DNA of 54,262 nt from a virus. Its lineage: Duplodnaviria; Caudoviricetes. Below are positions 38,306 to 47,315 of this stretch, in pieces. The position numbers and the translations under genes are program-made. Position 1 is the stretch's first letter. Each line of letters begins with the position of its first letter. The notes beneath the pieces are model-generated. The model did no database searches, was not told the DNA's origin, and worked only from the letters and a program-made list of their open reading frames with translations. The stretch covers positions 1 to 54,262 of the IMG/VR virus record IMGVR_UViG_3300025010_001927; one strand, given 5' to 3'.

Positions 38306-38342
38306 TTTTTTCACCTCCTTTCTTTTTTATTTTTGCCCTCGC

Positions 38343-39083
38343 TTACAATCCCAGCGTATTTGTATAGCTGAGAAGATCGCCTCCGACAGTAAATCCTACC
38401 TGTACGAATGGCTTGGTACTATCTACTTCTCTTGATCCATCTACGAATCTGAAGAAATAGTTTGTTCCGCCTTTTTCACCAGTACTTGCAGTTAATTTGC
38501 TGAGATCAGCATTTGGTGCATTCTTGGCGATGAACTCTCTGGCTTTTGCTTCCAATTGCTCAGGAGTAAACTTTGCTTCGGTGTTATACACCTTGGCAGC
38601 TTCTCCGATTGCCAATGGAGCTGGTCCGAATTGAACGATTTCATTCGTTCGCATATCAACCTCGAAGTAGTCTTTGCCTACCATGTAGAATTCAGCATTA
38701 ACTTGGTTGTTATAGCTTGATCTAGAAGTAGAGACGTACTCAGGATTGAGACCGTCATTACCAGTAAAAGCTCGGATTTTTGCGACTGCAGCTGATCTCT
38801 CTGATGCTGGACGAGCCAGAGATTCTTCCTTCGCGTTGGAAGCCTGTCTGTGTAAGTCCACTAATTGCTTAGCGGAATCACCAGTAAAGACTTTTTCACC
38901 GTCGTGAACTCCGTCACTGACGTTGCCAGCGTTAATGGCAGCTTCTGTCTTGGTCTTCAAGCTCTCGGTAAGGGCATCGAGACTTGGGCCAGACTGTGCA
39001 GAAACAGCAGTTACTAATCCTGCTAATGCTACGACTGCAGCGAATGCAGGTAGCACGATTTTGGCTTGATTTTTGATTTTCAT
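38343..39083 (-). CDS. Secreted protein, paralog of anti-sigma extracellular domain
   Basis: Signal peptide VSA; strong RBS; alignable to 40337-41266. Confidence 0.7.
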   Translation of the reverse strand: MKIKNQAKIVLPAFAAVVALAGLVTAVSAQSGPSLDALTESLKTKTEAAINAGNVSDGVHDGEKVFTGDSAKQLVDLHRQASNAKEESLARPASERSAAVAKIRAFTGNDGLNPEYVSTSRSSYNNQVNAEFYMVGKDYFEVDMRTNEIVQFGPAPLAIGEAAKVYNTEAKFTPEQLEAKAREFIAKNAPNADLSKLTASTGEKGGTNYFFRFVDGSREVDSTKPFVQVGFTVGGDLLSYTNTLGL

Positions 39084-39313
39084 TTTTTTCACCTCCTTTC
39101 TATTGTGTTTTAATTAATAAATAACCCAGCGATAATTATTAATAAGCTGGGTTTTCAGGGAAAATAAATGAGATAGATTGAAGCGAGTTGGTGGGTATTG
39201 AGTAAGAGTTATCTTATTATTCTTACTTCTCATACATCAATGATTGCAGAACATTTTGAGAATGTCAAGTCCTGTTTATTAGTGGTGATTACTGGGCTTA
39301 TTACTCGAGGAGA

Positions 39314-40282
39314 TTAGCGAAGATACTGGTCAATATTTAGTTCGTGTTCTGCAAAGGATTCACTACAGTGGATGATTCCTTCTGAGTCGTGGAGATAGTA
39401 GATACAATCTGTCGCTTCTGGGTTCAAGACCGCCTCAATAGCGTCCATACCTGGGTTAGAGATTGGGTGAGGAGGCAATCCTTTGTTGAGATATGTATTA
39501 AAGGGTGACTCTATGCTCCTAGTGTCGCTTCCTTTAATAGGTGACCACCAGTCGTTTTCAGTTTTTCCTCTTGCGTATTGCACCGTGGCATCAATTTCCA
39601 GTTGTTTGTTTTGATCAAGTCTATTCCATAGTATTCCAGCAATTAGTGGCATATCATGGGGTCCTGCTGCCTCACGTTGGATAATTGAGGCAAGAGTGAG
39701 TGCGGTGGTCCATTTAATGTTCTTTGCGGTGAATTCCTCTGGGTAGCCGGCGAACCGTTCGTTGAAACGATTTATCATTCGCTTAGCCGTATCTAGTCCG
39801 TTTTCGTCAGTTGGTATTAGGTATGTGTCTGGAAAATATACTCCTTCTCTGTAGTCGTATTGCATCGCTGTGTAGGTGGTGTTCCACTTTTCGAGTTCCT
39901 CATTACTCCAGTGAAGTTCTTTTGCCAAACGCTCGCCAATTTCTTCTTTTCTGAGTCCTTCTGGGATAGTGATCCATTTGAGCTGTGGCTCAGAGGTTAG
40001 GACGATTACGAGTTCCCGGGCATTCATGCTCTGGGAGATTCTATATCCGCCTGGTTCAATTGAGCCGAAGCGGAGGGTCATTATGCGTGCTAAGGGTAAG
40101 GCCCAGGGGAATCGAAGATACTTGCTGTCGCTAAGCCGTTTGGTTGTTTGCTCCTGGTTTGTTCGACTAATGGTAAAAATTGCTGGACCTGCTTCATTTT
40201 TCGGTGCACTTGTGATGAAAAGTGCCGAAGCAAGAAGTATCGTTGCTACGGCTATTGTTGCAAAAATCTTTATGTTTTTCAT
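39314..40282 (-). CDS. mltG: Endolytic transglycosylase MltG (YceG family)
   Basis: TIPEG, EG.YFPDTY, LASIIQRE, DATVQY, SPFNTY...GLPP.PISNPG. Confidence 0.9.
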   Translation of the reverse strand: MKNIKIFATIAVATILLASALFITSAPKNEAGPAIFTISRTNQEQTTKRLSDSKYLRFPWALPLARIMTLRFGSIEPGGYRISQSMNARELVIVLTSEPQLKWITIPEGLRKEEIGERLAKELHWSNEELEKWNTTYTAMQYDYREGVYFPDTYLIPTDENGLDTAKRMINRFNERFAGYPEEFTAKNIKWTTALTLASIIQREAAGPHDMPLIAGILWNRLDQNKQLEIDATVQYARGKTENDWWSPIKGSDTRSIESPFNTYLNKGLPPHPISNPGMDAIEAVLNPEATDCIYYLHDSEGIIHCSESFAEHELNIDQYLR

Positions 40283-40336
40283 AATTCACCCCAAGTATAC
40301 CGGGACTTTTAAGAATATCCAGTTTTCGCTTTTCAC

Positions 40337-41266
40337 CTATCGTTTAAGATGGTTTGAAAAGTGAACTATTTGGCCTCCTTGTGTCATTGTGAGAGTTAGC
40401 TGAGGAGTAAATGTTTCGCCATTTTCTTTTCTTGGGTTACCTCTCCAGGTAAGGAAATAATTTACATGACCTGATTCATCGTCCTTCGCTTCACTAACTA
40501 GGGTGAGTTTTTCTACCTCTATTTTTCCTAGGGCTATTTGGTGATTTGCTATAAATTCACGCGCCCGCTTTTCAGCCTCTGGTTGTGAGTAGCGTGGAGT
40601 ATAGTCATATTCTTTCTTAGGACTGGACCACCTAGAACCATCTTTATTTTCTCCCCAAGCGCCCTCTATAGCCGCCATCTCAACGATCTGATTTGTTTTT
40701 ATCTCGATTATGAATCGATCAAAATCTAAGGTGTAGGTTTCTATAAGTGGTTCCTCGTCTTGATTGTTTGGATTTCTAACAACGCATTCGTACTCAACAT
40801 TTGCATCTGGCCTATCCATAAAATCTCTTATGGCTGCTACTGCTTTTTCCTGTTCCTCTGGAGGTCTTGCGCTGACAGAACACCATTCTTGCTGAGTTTG
40901 CTTATACTTCTGAGTATTCTTGTCTCTGTAGGTTGGATCGTTGCTGAGCAGTTGTGTAAGCTCCTGTTGTAGTTGGTTTTTTAAGTTGATAAGTGCATCA
41001 ATAATGGATCCCTTAGCAAAAACAGGTGAGTTGTTGGTAAGGACTCCGACAAAGAAAACAAGTAAAACTACTGTCGCAAAAGCAAGAGGGAATCTAAAGG
41101 TCCAGAACGGTCTTGGGGCAGGAGTGAACGTTTTATCCAATTCAACCTCTAGTTCTTTTTCTTCTCTCACTCTCGCCAAGATTTGTTTTTCCAACATACT
41201 TATATGTTTGAATTCTTTTTTACTTTCCTGAAGGAAAAATGATCGAATAATGTTTCGTAATTTCAT
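40337..41266 (-). CDS. Putative anti-sigma factor, single TM
   Basis: Overlaps ECF sigma stop; short cytoplasmic N-terminus, TM, large external domain. Confidence 0.7.
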   Translation of the reverse strand: MKLRNIIRSFFLQESKKEFKHISMLEKQILARVREEKELEVELDKTFTPAPRPFWTFRFPLAFATVVLLVFFVGVLTNNSPVFAKGSIIDALINLKNQLQQELTQLLSNDPTYRDKNTQKYKQTQQEWCSVSARPPEEQEKAVAAIRDFMDRPDANVEYECVVRNPNNQDEEPLIETYTLDFDRFIIEIKTNQIVEMAAIEGAWGENKDGSRWSSPKKEYDYTPRYSQPEAEKRAREFIANHQIALGKIEVEKLTLVSEAKDDESGHVNYFLTWRGNPRKENGETFTPQLTLTMTQGGQIVHFSNHLKR

Positions 41267-41766
41267 AGCAGTGATTCTTTAAGCTTAACTATCGCTCTGT
41301 AAAAGCGCATTTTAACGGCGGGCTCTTTTGAATCAAGAGCGGTTGCGATATCGTCAAAGGACATTTCTTCATTGACTCGCAGTCTGATAATTTCCTGCTC
41401 AGCCGGCTTAAGCTTTTTGAGTGCTGACGTTACTTTCTCAACATCTTCCTCATGGGTAATTTTTGCCTCCAACAATACTTCTACGTCGCTATCGTCAAAC
41501 AACTCAATATTATTTTGTTCGATCGAGAGAGTATTCTTATTGGATCTAAACATGTCTGTTATAACGTGTCTGCAGATAGTCAGGAGCCAACTTTTCAACT
41601 CGCCCTCACTGTTAAATTTGAAATTGTTGTATGCTTTCATAGCTTTTAAAAAGGTTTCTTGGACGGCATCATCGATGTCGTCTTGTTGGGACAAGGACTT
41701 TTTCGCAAAAAAATAAACTAGTCGGATGTAATCTCTGACTACATCTTCAAAAGGTGGTTTCATCAT
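41263..41766 (-). CDS. ECF RNA polymerase sigma factor
   Basis: DAVQETFLKA, KSWLLTIC, region 4 SFDDIA...VKMRFYRA. Confidence 0.92.
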   Translation of the reverse strand: MMKPPFEDVVRDYIRLVYFFAKKSLSQQDDIDDAVQETFLKAMKAYNNFKFNSEGELKSWLLTICRHVITDMFRSNKNTLSIEQNNIELFDDSDVEVLLEAKITHEEDVEKVTSALKKLKPAEQEIIRLRVNEEMSFDDIATALDSKEPAVKMRFYRAIVKLKESLL

Positions 41767-41802
41767 TTTTTATTTGTCCTGTCCCACCCCTCTATAAAAG
41801 AG

Positions 41803-41828
41803 AACGGATGAGTTTTGGAAAAGTAACA
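41803..41828 (-). promoter_or_regulatory. Putative autoregulatory ECF promoter
   Basis: TGTTAC-16-CGTT upstream of sigma gene. Confidence 0.55.
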
Positions 41829-41917
41829 TTTTCGCTTTCTTACACAATTATAGCGAACTTCTTAGGGAAGAGGTTGAATATACTATAGTTCTATCAATGA
41901 ATTACGATAATAATATA

Positions 41918-41946
41918 TTGACAAACGATAAGCCATAAACTATAAT
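41918..41946 (+). promoter_or_regulatory. Consensus sigma70 promoter with ACGATAA operator-like repeats
   Basis: TTGACA-17-TATAAT exactly. Confidence 0.85.
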
Positions 41947-41975
41947 TTTGTCGTTAAAGCAAACAAGGACTCATT

Positions 41976-42461
41976 ATGAAACGAAGTTCAACATTAATCT
42001 TAAAGGTCGTACTTTGCCTGATCGCGATCGGCACACTTGCCGGTATGCTTTGGTTTCCTCAGACGGAAGGAAGAGCTACTAACCTGGATCTGATCAGTAT
42101 CTATGCCGATCCGCTAATTATTTACACTTATATCGCTTCAATTCCATTTTTCATTGGCTTATACCAAGCATTCAAATTATTAAATCTCATTGATGCTAAT
42201 AAGGCCTTTTCCCAAGGTGCGGTGAACACGCTCAAGAATATGAAGTTTGCTTCCCTTAGCCTTATTGGTTTTATTGCATTAGCTTTGTTTTACATCCGTT
42301 TCTTTGCGCCGCTTGGTGTAGATGATGATCCGGCCGGTCCCACAATGCTTGGTCTTGTCGTGTCAATCGCATTCGGTGTGATTGCCACAGCCGCCGGTGT
42401 CTTTCAAAAGCTTCTCCAGAATGCTGTCGACATAAAATCAGAAAATGATCTAACGGTATGA
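41976..42461 (+). CDS. DUF2975 membrane protein
   Basis: 4 TMs, ends AVDIKSENDLTV. Confidence 0.9.
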   Translation: MKRSSTLILKVVLCLIAIGTLAGMLWFPQTEGRATNLDLISIYADPLIIYTYIASIPFFIGLYQAFKLLNLIDANKAFSQGAVNTLKNMKFASLSLIGFIALALFYIRFFAPLGVDDDPAGPTMLGLVVSIAFGVIATAAGVFQKLLQNAVDIKSENDLTV

Positions 42462-42470
42462 GGTATTTTT

Positions 42471-42677
42471 ATGGCAATAATAATAAACATCGATGTCATG
42501 CTGGCAAAGCGGAAAATGAGTGTAACTGAACTTTCACAGAGGGTTGGTATTACTATGGCTAATCTTTCTATTTTAAAAAATGGCAGAGCAAAAGCGATTC
42601 GTTTTTCAACATTGGAGGCAATCTGTAAAGCCTTAGACTGTCAGCCTGGAGATATTCTGGAATATAAGGCTCACTAA
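42471..42677 (+). CDS. Cro/C1-type HTH regulator (YozG-like)
   Basis: NLSILKNGRAKAIRFSTL...CQPGDILEY. Confidence 0.9.
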   Translation: MAIIINIDVMLAKRKMSVTELSQRVGITMANLSILKNGRAKAIRFSTLEAICKALDCQPGDILEYKAH

Positions 42678-42835
42678 ATATTATTTTGAGGTTGTTTCTC
42701 CTCAGTAGAAGGAATTAGATTAATTTTTTTCATCAGCTCTTTGATCTCGCTGACCAATGTTTGGGCTTTGTCGAGTTTCCTGTAGATCTGATATTTAATT
42801 TTTTGATCCTCATCACTGTCTGGTTTTTGCTTCAT
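42674..42835 (-). CDS. Small hypothetical protein, 53 aa (not in ORF track)
   Basis: MKQKPDSDED...; GGAGGTG RBS; ATGA overlap with upstream gene. Confidence 0.6.
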   Translation of the reverse strand: MKQKPDSDEDQKIKYQIYRKLDKAQTLVSEIKELMKKINLIPSTEEKQPQNNI

Positions 42836-43014
42836 GTTTTTTTCACCTCCCATCGTTTTTTGTACTTACGGTAGTTAGACATTATTTCCAAGATTTTTTC
42901 TCTGGAGAGACCGGATAGTACCACCACATTCCTCAAGTCAAACATGTTGGTCTTGCCTGAGTTTTGTACTTTTAGATATGCCTGAAAGTCCTCTTTTGTT
43001 ATCTTAGTAGCCAT
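42832..43014 (-). CDS. DUF5049-like small protein
   Basis: VQNSGKTNMFD motif; AAGGAG RBS. Confidence 0.65.
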   Translation of the reverse strand: MATKITKEDFQAYLKVQNSGKTNMFDLRNVVVLSGLSREKILEIMSNYRKYKKRWEVKKT

Positions 43015-43139
43015 AGGACTCCTTTAACTGCTAATAGGGCGATAACGATGACGTACATGACACCGAAGAAGTAAGCCAGCCGTTTTTCCAGTTTTGGGTC
43101 GGCATAGTTTTCAATCTTTTTTAGAGGTTTGTGGTTCAT
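42999..43139 (-). CDS. Small membrane protein, 46 aa (not in ORF track)
   Basis: MNHKPLKK...YFFGVMYVIVIALLAVKGVLWLLR; TTGACT...GATAAT just upstream. Confidence 0.55.
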   Translation of the reverse strand: MNHKPLKKIENYADPKLEKRLAYFFGVMYVIVIALLAVKGVLWLLR

Positions 43140-43187
43140 GCAACAAGCAATTATCATCAAACACCTCAAGAAGTCAAACTTTGTTTA

Positions 43188-43409
43188 TCAAAGCTCGACA
43201 TCACTTTGTTTCTTGGGTGTTTCTCCGGCACTACCGCCTTCTTTAGGATCGATTCTTTGCTGTTCGGTGATTTCTTTGCGATAAGGTTTACCGTTTTGTA
43301 TAAACACCTCAACCTTGCCAAATTTAACCACTCGGATATCTTCAATGATCTTGGCTTCTGCTGGTGTAACAGCTATTGTTGTGTCGGCTAGTTTATTTAT
43401 TTGGTTCAT
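43188..43409 (-). CDS. DUF2292/YezD-like small protein
   Basis: IRVVKFGKVEVFIQNGKP pattern (FG.V.I...G). Confidence 0.65.
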   Translation of the reverse strand: MNQINKLADTTIAVTPAEAKIIEDIRVVKFGKVEVFIQNGKPYRKEITEQQRIDPKEGGSAGETPKKQSDVEL

Positions 43410-44949
43410 ATTTCAGTCTTTTTCTCATGGCTATCTGCCAATAAATAAGTGATAGCCAGAAATCATTTGGTCCGGTGTTGGCCCACTCGCGCTTTGCCTG
43501 ACCGAACTTGTCGGTAACTGTTCTCGCATACATAGTCTGGGCATGGGTAATAAGGAGCTTAAAAGCTGGGTTGCTAGCTGGGACAGCAAACTTAATATCG
43601 CCCCTTCTTAGGGCTGATATTGTGTCATCCATGATTCGAGTGCGTGAGGAAAAAACCTTTACTTCGTCTTCGAAGGCCGTGTCTTTATTTTCTTTTTCAT
43701 CGAAGAAGCGGATAACCTCAAGCATTTTGGGGTCGTCTTTAAACCAGCTCAGATAAACTCTGTAAGGGAACTCTTTGGCTAAGTTAAATGCCTCCTCGGT
43801 ATAAGGTTGTCCGTCTATCACAATCGCCCTGACATCAAAAAACTTAATCAGGTCAGATGCTTGTTGCCATCGATCTTGTCCTTCGTGATCCTGGAGAATG
43901 CCAATCCAGAAGATCCCTTTCTTATTACCGATCATCACATGATTGCCTTTACCGGTTCCCATTCCGGTATCGATGCCCATTACGTTATATTCACCAGTGG
44001 TGTCGGCTTTTGTCTCGGTCACATTTCGAATAAAGAGGCTCGCTGGAATCTTCTGATCTGCAGCAAGGTATGGCAACCCCAGTACAAAGTTGAAAAAGTA
44101 GGTATCGTCATCTGCATCTTTTCGCTCCTGGATTAAATTGGCGGCAGTCTTCCATGGACAGTGCATTTGACTAATCCAGTATCCGGAGACGGGTCTGCCT
44201 GGGAAGCGAGCTTCCCAACTGCCATAGTCGTTTATGTGGTGGGGAGAGATTTCCTTTTTACATTGCTGGCAGACGTAAATACCTCGTTCTTCATCAACGC
44301 TTTTTCCCCATTCCATGTGTTGCCGAAAGCTGCAATGAAGACAGTTAAACCTCCAATGCTTCTGGTCGGATTGTTCAAATATTTTGTCTACACCGAAGTC
44401 AGGGGTAGTAGGGGTGGAGAAGAAATGCTGGCTTCTAATCTTGGAGTAACCCATACGCGAGGTGAAGTCTCTTACCACTTCTGGCTTTGATTTATCCAAC
44501 TCGTCATGAATGTTTCGATCAGAGGTCAACATGATGGCTTCTTTTTCAGTGTAGGTTCCCTTGAAAAAAAGAAAGGATTTACCGATTTGCTTTTGTTCTA
44601 TCGAATCAACATCTTTACCACTAACTCCTTCCAGGATACAGGGGTTTACCTTGATAAGACGGTTCACTTTGCTTTTAACAAATTCTGAAACGTCGTCTAC
44701 AGTCGGCAGAGTATAAATCTGATTAATGCCCCAAAACCTTGCTGCGTGTAAAGCTCGCAAGATTTCCATTGTGCTGGCTCCAATCTGCGATCCTTTGCGG
44801 ATTACCTGCACTAGAGACCAGTCGGAATAAATATCCAACATAAAGCGGTGATCTTTAAATTCGATTGGATCACCGTTTTCATTTTTAATCTTATTCTCTG
44901 TAATCCAGAACAAGATGCTATTTTTTTGTTGTATTTCGTTGTCTATCAT
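43393..44949 (-). CDS. terL: Terminase large subunit
   Basis: KGSQIGAST Walker A, HDELD Walker B, STPT, CxxC...CxxC, MGIDTG nuclease. Confidence 0.85.
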   Translation of the reverse strand: MIDNEIQQKNSILFWITENKIKNENGDPIEFKDHRFMLDIYSDWSLVQVIRKGSQIGASTMEILRALHAARFWGINQIYTLPTVDDVSEFVKSKVNRLIKVNPCILEGVSGKDVDSIEQKQIGKSFLFFKGTYTEKEAIMLTSDRNIHDELDKSKPEVVRDFTSRMGYSKIRSQHFFSTPTTPDFGVDKIFEQSDQKHWRFNCLHCSFRQHMEWGKSVDEERGIYVCQQCKKEISPHHINDYGSWEARFPGRPVSGYWISQMHCPWKTAANLIQERKDADDDTYFFNFVLGLPYLAADQKIPASLFIRNVTETKADTTGEYNVMGIDTGMGTGKGNHVMIGNKKGIFWIGILQDHEGQDRWQQASDLIKFFDVRAIVIDGQPYTEEAFNLAKEFPYRVYLSWFKDDPKMLEVIRFFDEKENKDTAFEDEVKVFSSRTRIMDDTISALRRGDIKFAVPASNPAFKLLITHAQTMYARTVTDKFGQAKREWANTGPNDFWLSLIYWQIAMRKRLKYEPNK

Positions 44950-45502
44950 AGAAGTTCTTAATTGCCTGATCAATTTCTTTGCCTAAAGCTTGCTCCTCTA
45001 GAGTTGGTGGTTTTTGGTCTTCTTCGTTAATGGTGTGAGCTACCTCTGTTTTTCCGGTGGAAAGTCCTGATTCAGTCCGAAACATTTCCCAAGCTTTTTT
45101 GAAGTCATCTACTGTAATTGGACGTGACCTATTAACCTGAAATAATAAGTAGGTTCCAATCTTTTCGTATAAGCGTGAAACTTTGATTGCCCTTTGCTTT
45201 TCAGATCTTTGAAACTCCAGTGTCATTAACTCTTTTTTTTCCTCATCCCAAAGCTTGGATCTTTGAACCCAATGAAAGTTACTTGACCACTGAAATAATG
45301 TTTTTAGTGCTGGCCTTTTTCCTAATCTGAATCTTGAGTTCTGTTCCTCCAATTCCCGCCCCATTTCTGCCCACCTTTTGCTCACCTCCCGAATACTTCT
45401 TTTCAGCATGGAACAATATGCCAAAAATGCCGAGAACTGAGCCTCTGTTTCTCCCGGCATTTGCTCTATTAGAATTTGTGGTTTAGCCTGTTTTTTCTTC
45501 AT
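44918..45502 (-). CDS. Putative terminase small subunit
   Basis: ET..F.AF..Y, WSS.F.W..R...WD; directly upstream of terL. Confidence 0.6.
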   Translation of the reverse strand: MKKKQAKPQILIEQMPGETEAQFSAFLAYCSMLKRSIREVSKRWAEMGRELEEQNSRFRLGKRPALKTLFQWSSNFHWVQRSKLWDEEKKELMTLEFQRSEKQRAIKVSRLYEKIGTYLLFQVNRSRPITVDDFKKAWEMFRTESGLSTGKTEVAHTINEEDQKPPTLEEQALGKEIDQAIKNFYDRQRNTTKK

Positions 45503-45508
45503 AAAACA

Positions 45509-46765
45509 TTACATTTTTAACCTTTTTGCTCGTTTACGAATTAGGTCACAGAACTTTTCATCTCGTTCCATGAGATACGCAATTCTGCCTGTCTTATGTA
45601 CTGCCATGAGGGTACTTCCGGATCCGCCAAAAAGGTCAAGAACAATATTGCCAAACCTGCTACCTCCTTTGAGTGCTTTCATGATCAACCACTCCGGTTT
45701 TTCAGTTGGGTGGACCATCTCGGTAACTGCTTTTCTGGGCATGTTCCAGACATCACTTTCGTTTGCTTCGCCAGTGAAGACATGCCTTTCACCTTGTTTC
45801 CAGCCATAAATGATTCCTTCTGCTTTGGTTTTCCCTTTGGACAATTTGCCCTTCATGATCTGCTCGTATTGTTTTTTATAATCACTCCAACCAATGGAGA
45901 AGGAAGGTTTAACCCAGACAATAGTGCTACTAAATACAAAACCAGAATTCAGCATCTGGTAATAAAACAGAGGGTAGGAGGTGTAGCCGGTGCAGACGTA
46001 AATAACACCTCCAGCTTTGAGTGCATCACGCATGGTGTTGAAAAAACCTTCAGTAAACTTTTTGAAGTCTTCCTGACTCTGGTCGTCACCTAGAATTATT
46101 CCTTTTTCCGTATGAAACTTCCCTTGCTTTTCCCTACTAGTGTGAGCAACATTGTATGGAGGATCTGTAAATATCATGTCTGCCAGTTTTTCTCCCATGA
46201 GTTTTTTAACGTCGTTTGCGTTAGTGGAGTCACCGCACATCAGCCGATGCGGACCGATCTGATAAACCTCGCCATATTTTGATATTGGTTCTGTGATGTT
46301 TTTAATTTCTTCTTCAGTGTCCCAGGGTTTTTCTTCTTCCTGCTCCAGAAGCATTGTTGTATCCAAAAGATTACTTACTTCCACTTCGTTAAAACCTGTA
46401 AGAGATATATCAAAGTCTGACTGAGTGAGGTCAGTTATTATTTGAGCGAGTTTTTCTTCATCCCATTGATCCTCAATCTTGTTGAGGGCGAGGTTTAGGG
46501 CTTTTTCCTTTTGTAGTGGAATATCTACGGAATTGTAGGGGATATCTGTCCAGCCCAGCTCCGTTGCCGCCCGTACTCTTTTTTCGCCACCTATGATGAC
46601 GTTTTCTCTACCTTTGTGAGTATTGACGACGATGGGAACAGGACAACCAAACTCTTGAAGTGAGCGCTTTAATTGGTCAATAACGCTCCTAGTTACTTTG
46701 CGGGGGTTGTATTCCGCAAATTTCAGCAGGCTTATTGCTATTGTTGGGTAGGTTTTGTTTTCCAT
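45509..46765 (-). CDS. ParB-N domain fused N6/N4 DNA methyltransferase
   Basis: YNPR, HRLMCGDST, TDPPYN, HPTEKP, DLFGGSGST. Confidence 0.9.
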   Translation of the reverse strand: MENKTYPTIAISLLKFAEYNPRKVTRSVIDQLKRSLQEFGCPVPIVVNTHKGRENVIIGGEKRVRAATELGWTDIPYNSVDIPLQKEKALNLALNKIEDQWDEEKLAQIITDLTQSDFDISLTGFNEVEVSNLLDTTMLLEQEEEKPWDTEEEIKNITEPISKYGEVYQIGPHRLMCGDSTNANDVKKLMGEKLADMIFTDPPYNVAHTSREKQGKFHTEKGIILGDDQSQEDFKKFTEGFFNTMRDALKAGGVIYVCTGYTSYPLFYYQMLNSGFVFSSTIVWVKPSFSIGWSDYKKQYEQIMKGKLSKGKTKAEGIIYGWKQGERHVFTGEANESDVWNMPRKAVTEMVHPTEKPEWLIMKALKGGSRFGNIVLDLFGGSGSTLMAVHKTGRIAYLMERDEKFCDLIRKRAKRLKM

Positions 46766-46876
46766 AGATTTAATAATTTTTTAATATTTACCTTCGCCTT
46801 CAGAATAAGAATTTCGTGCCATCGCAATTTATTCCCATCTTGAGGTAGAAGAGGAATAAACTTGTATTTTTCTTTC

Positions 46877-47137
46877 TCATTCATTTTTGTTTAACAATTT
46901 TTTAATAACTTTCAGCACTTTTTCTCGCTTCTCGATGTCTTTGGCGTACTTGGCAATAACATCTTTCTTTGTCAGATTTTCTTCTCTGGCTCCTAAAGGC
47001 GAACGCTTGACTACGGTTTCAATCACTGTGTCATCATCAATGTCTGCCAACGTTTCGATGGCGATTTCCATTCTGAGGATTTCCTCATGAACGCTGTTGT
47101 AAATCTCGTCTAGTAGTTCGGTTCTGGTTTTGATCAT
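46877..47137 (-). CDS. Hypothetical protein
   Basis: Intact helical ORF in early operon. Confidence 0.6.
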   Translation of the reverse strand: MIKTRTELLDEIYNSVHEEILRMEIAIETLADIDDDTVIETVVKRSPLGAREENLTKKDVIAKYAKDIEKREKVLKVIKKLLNKNE

Positions 47138-47141
47138 AGTT

Positions 47142-47315
47142 TTAATACTCAACTTGTACTTTGTTTTTATTGAATACTGCCTCAGTCCATTCGAGGAACT
47201 TGCCAGTCTTCAACTCCAAGACCATATAAATTGTCTTGCCAGCATCGTCCTGCTTCGTTCCTTCAAAGTGATACTTTGGATTTTTAGTGCTTATGTCTTT
47301 TAGTCCAGGTTTCAT
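47142..47315 (-). CDS. Small hypothetical protein, 57 aa (not in ORF track)
   Basis: MKPGLKDIST...; AAGGAGGTG RBS; ATGA overlap with dcm. Confidence 0.65.
   Translation of the reverse strand: MKPGLKDISTKNPKYHFEGTKQDDAGKTIYMVLELKTGKFLEWTEAVFNKNKVQVEY

Noticed and set aside
46799-46880. 26-codon ORF MRKKNTSLF...
   Set aside because: Too short, no RBS or motif support
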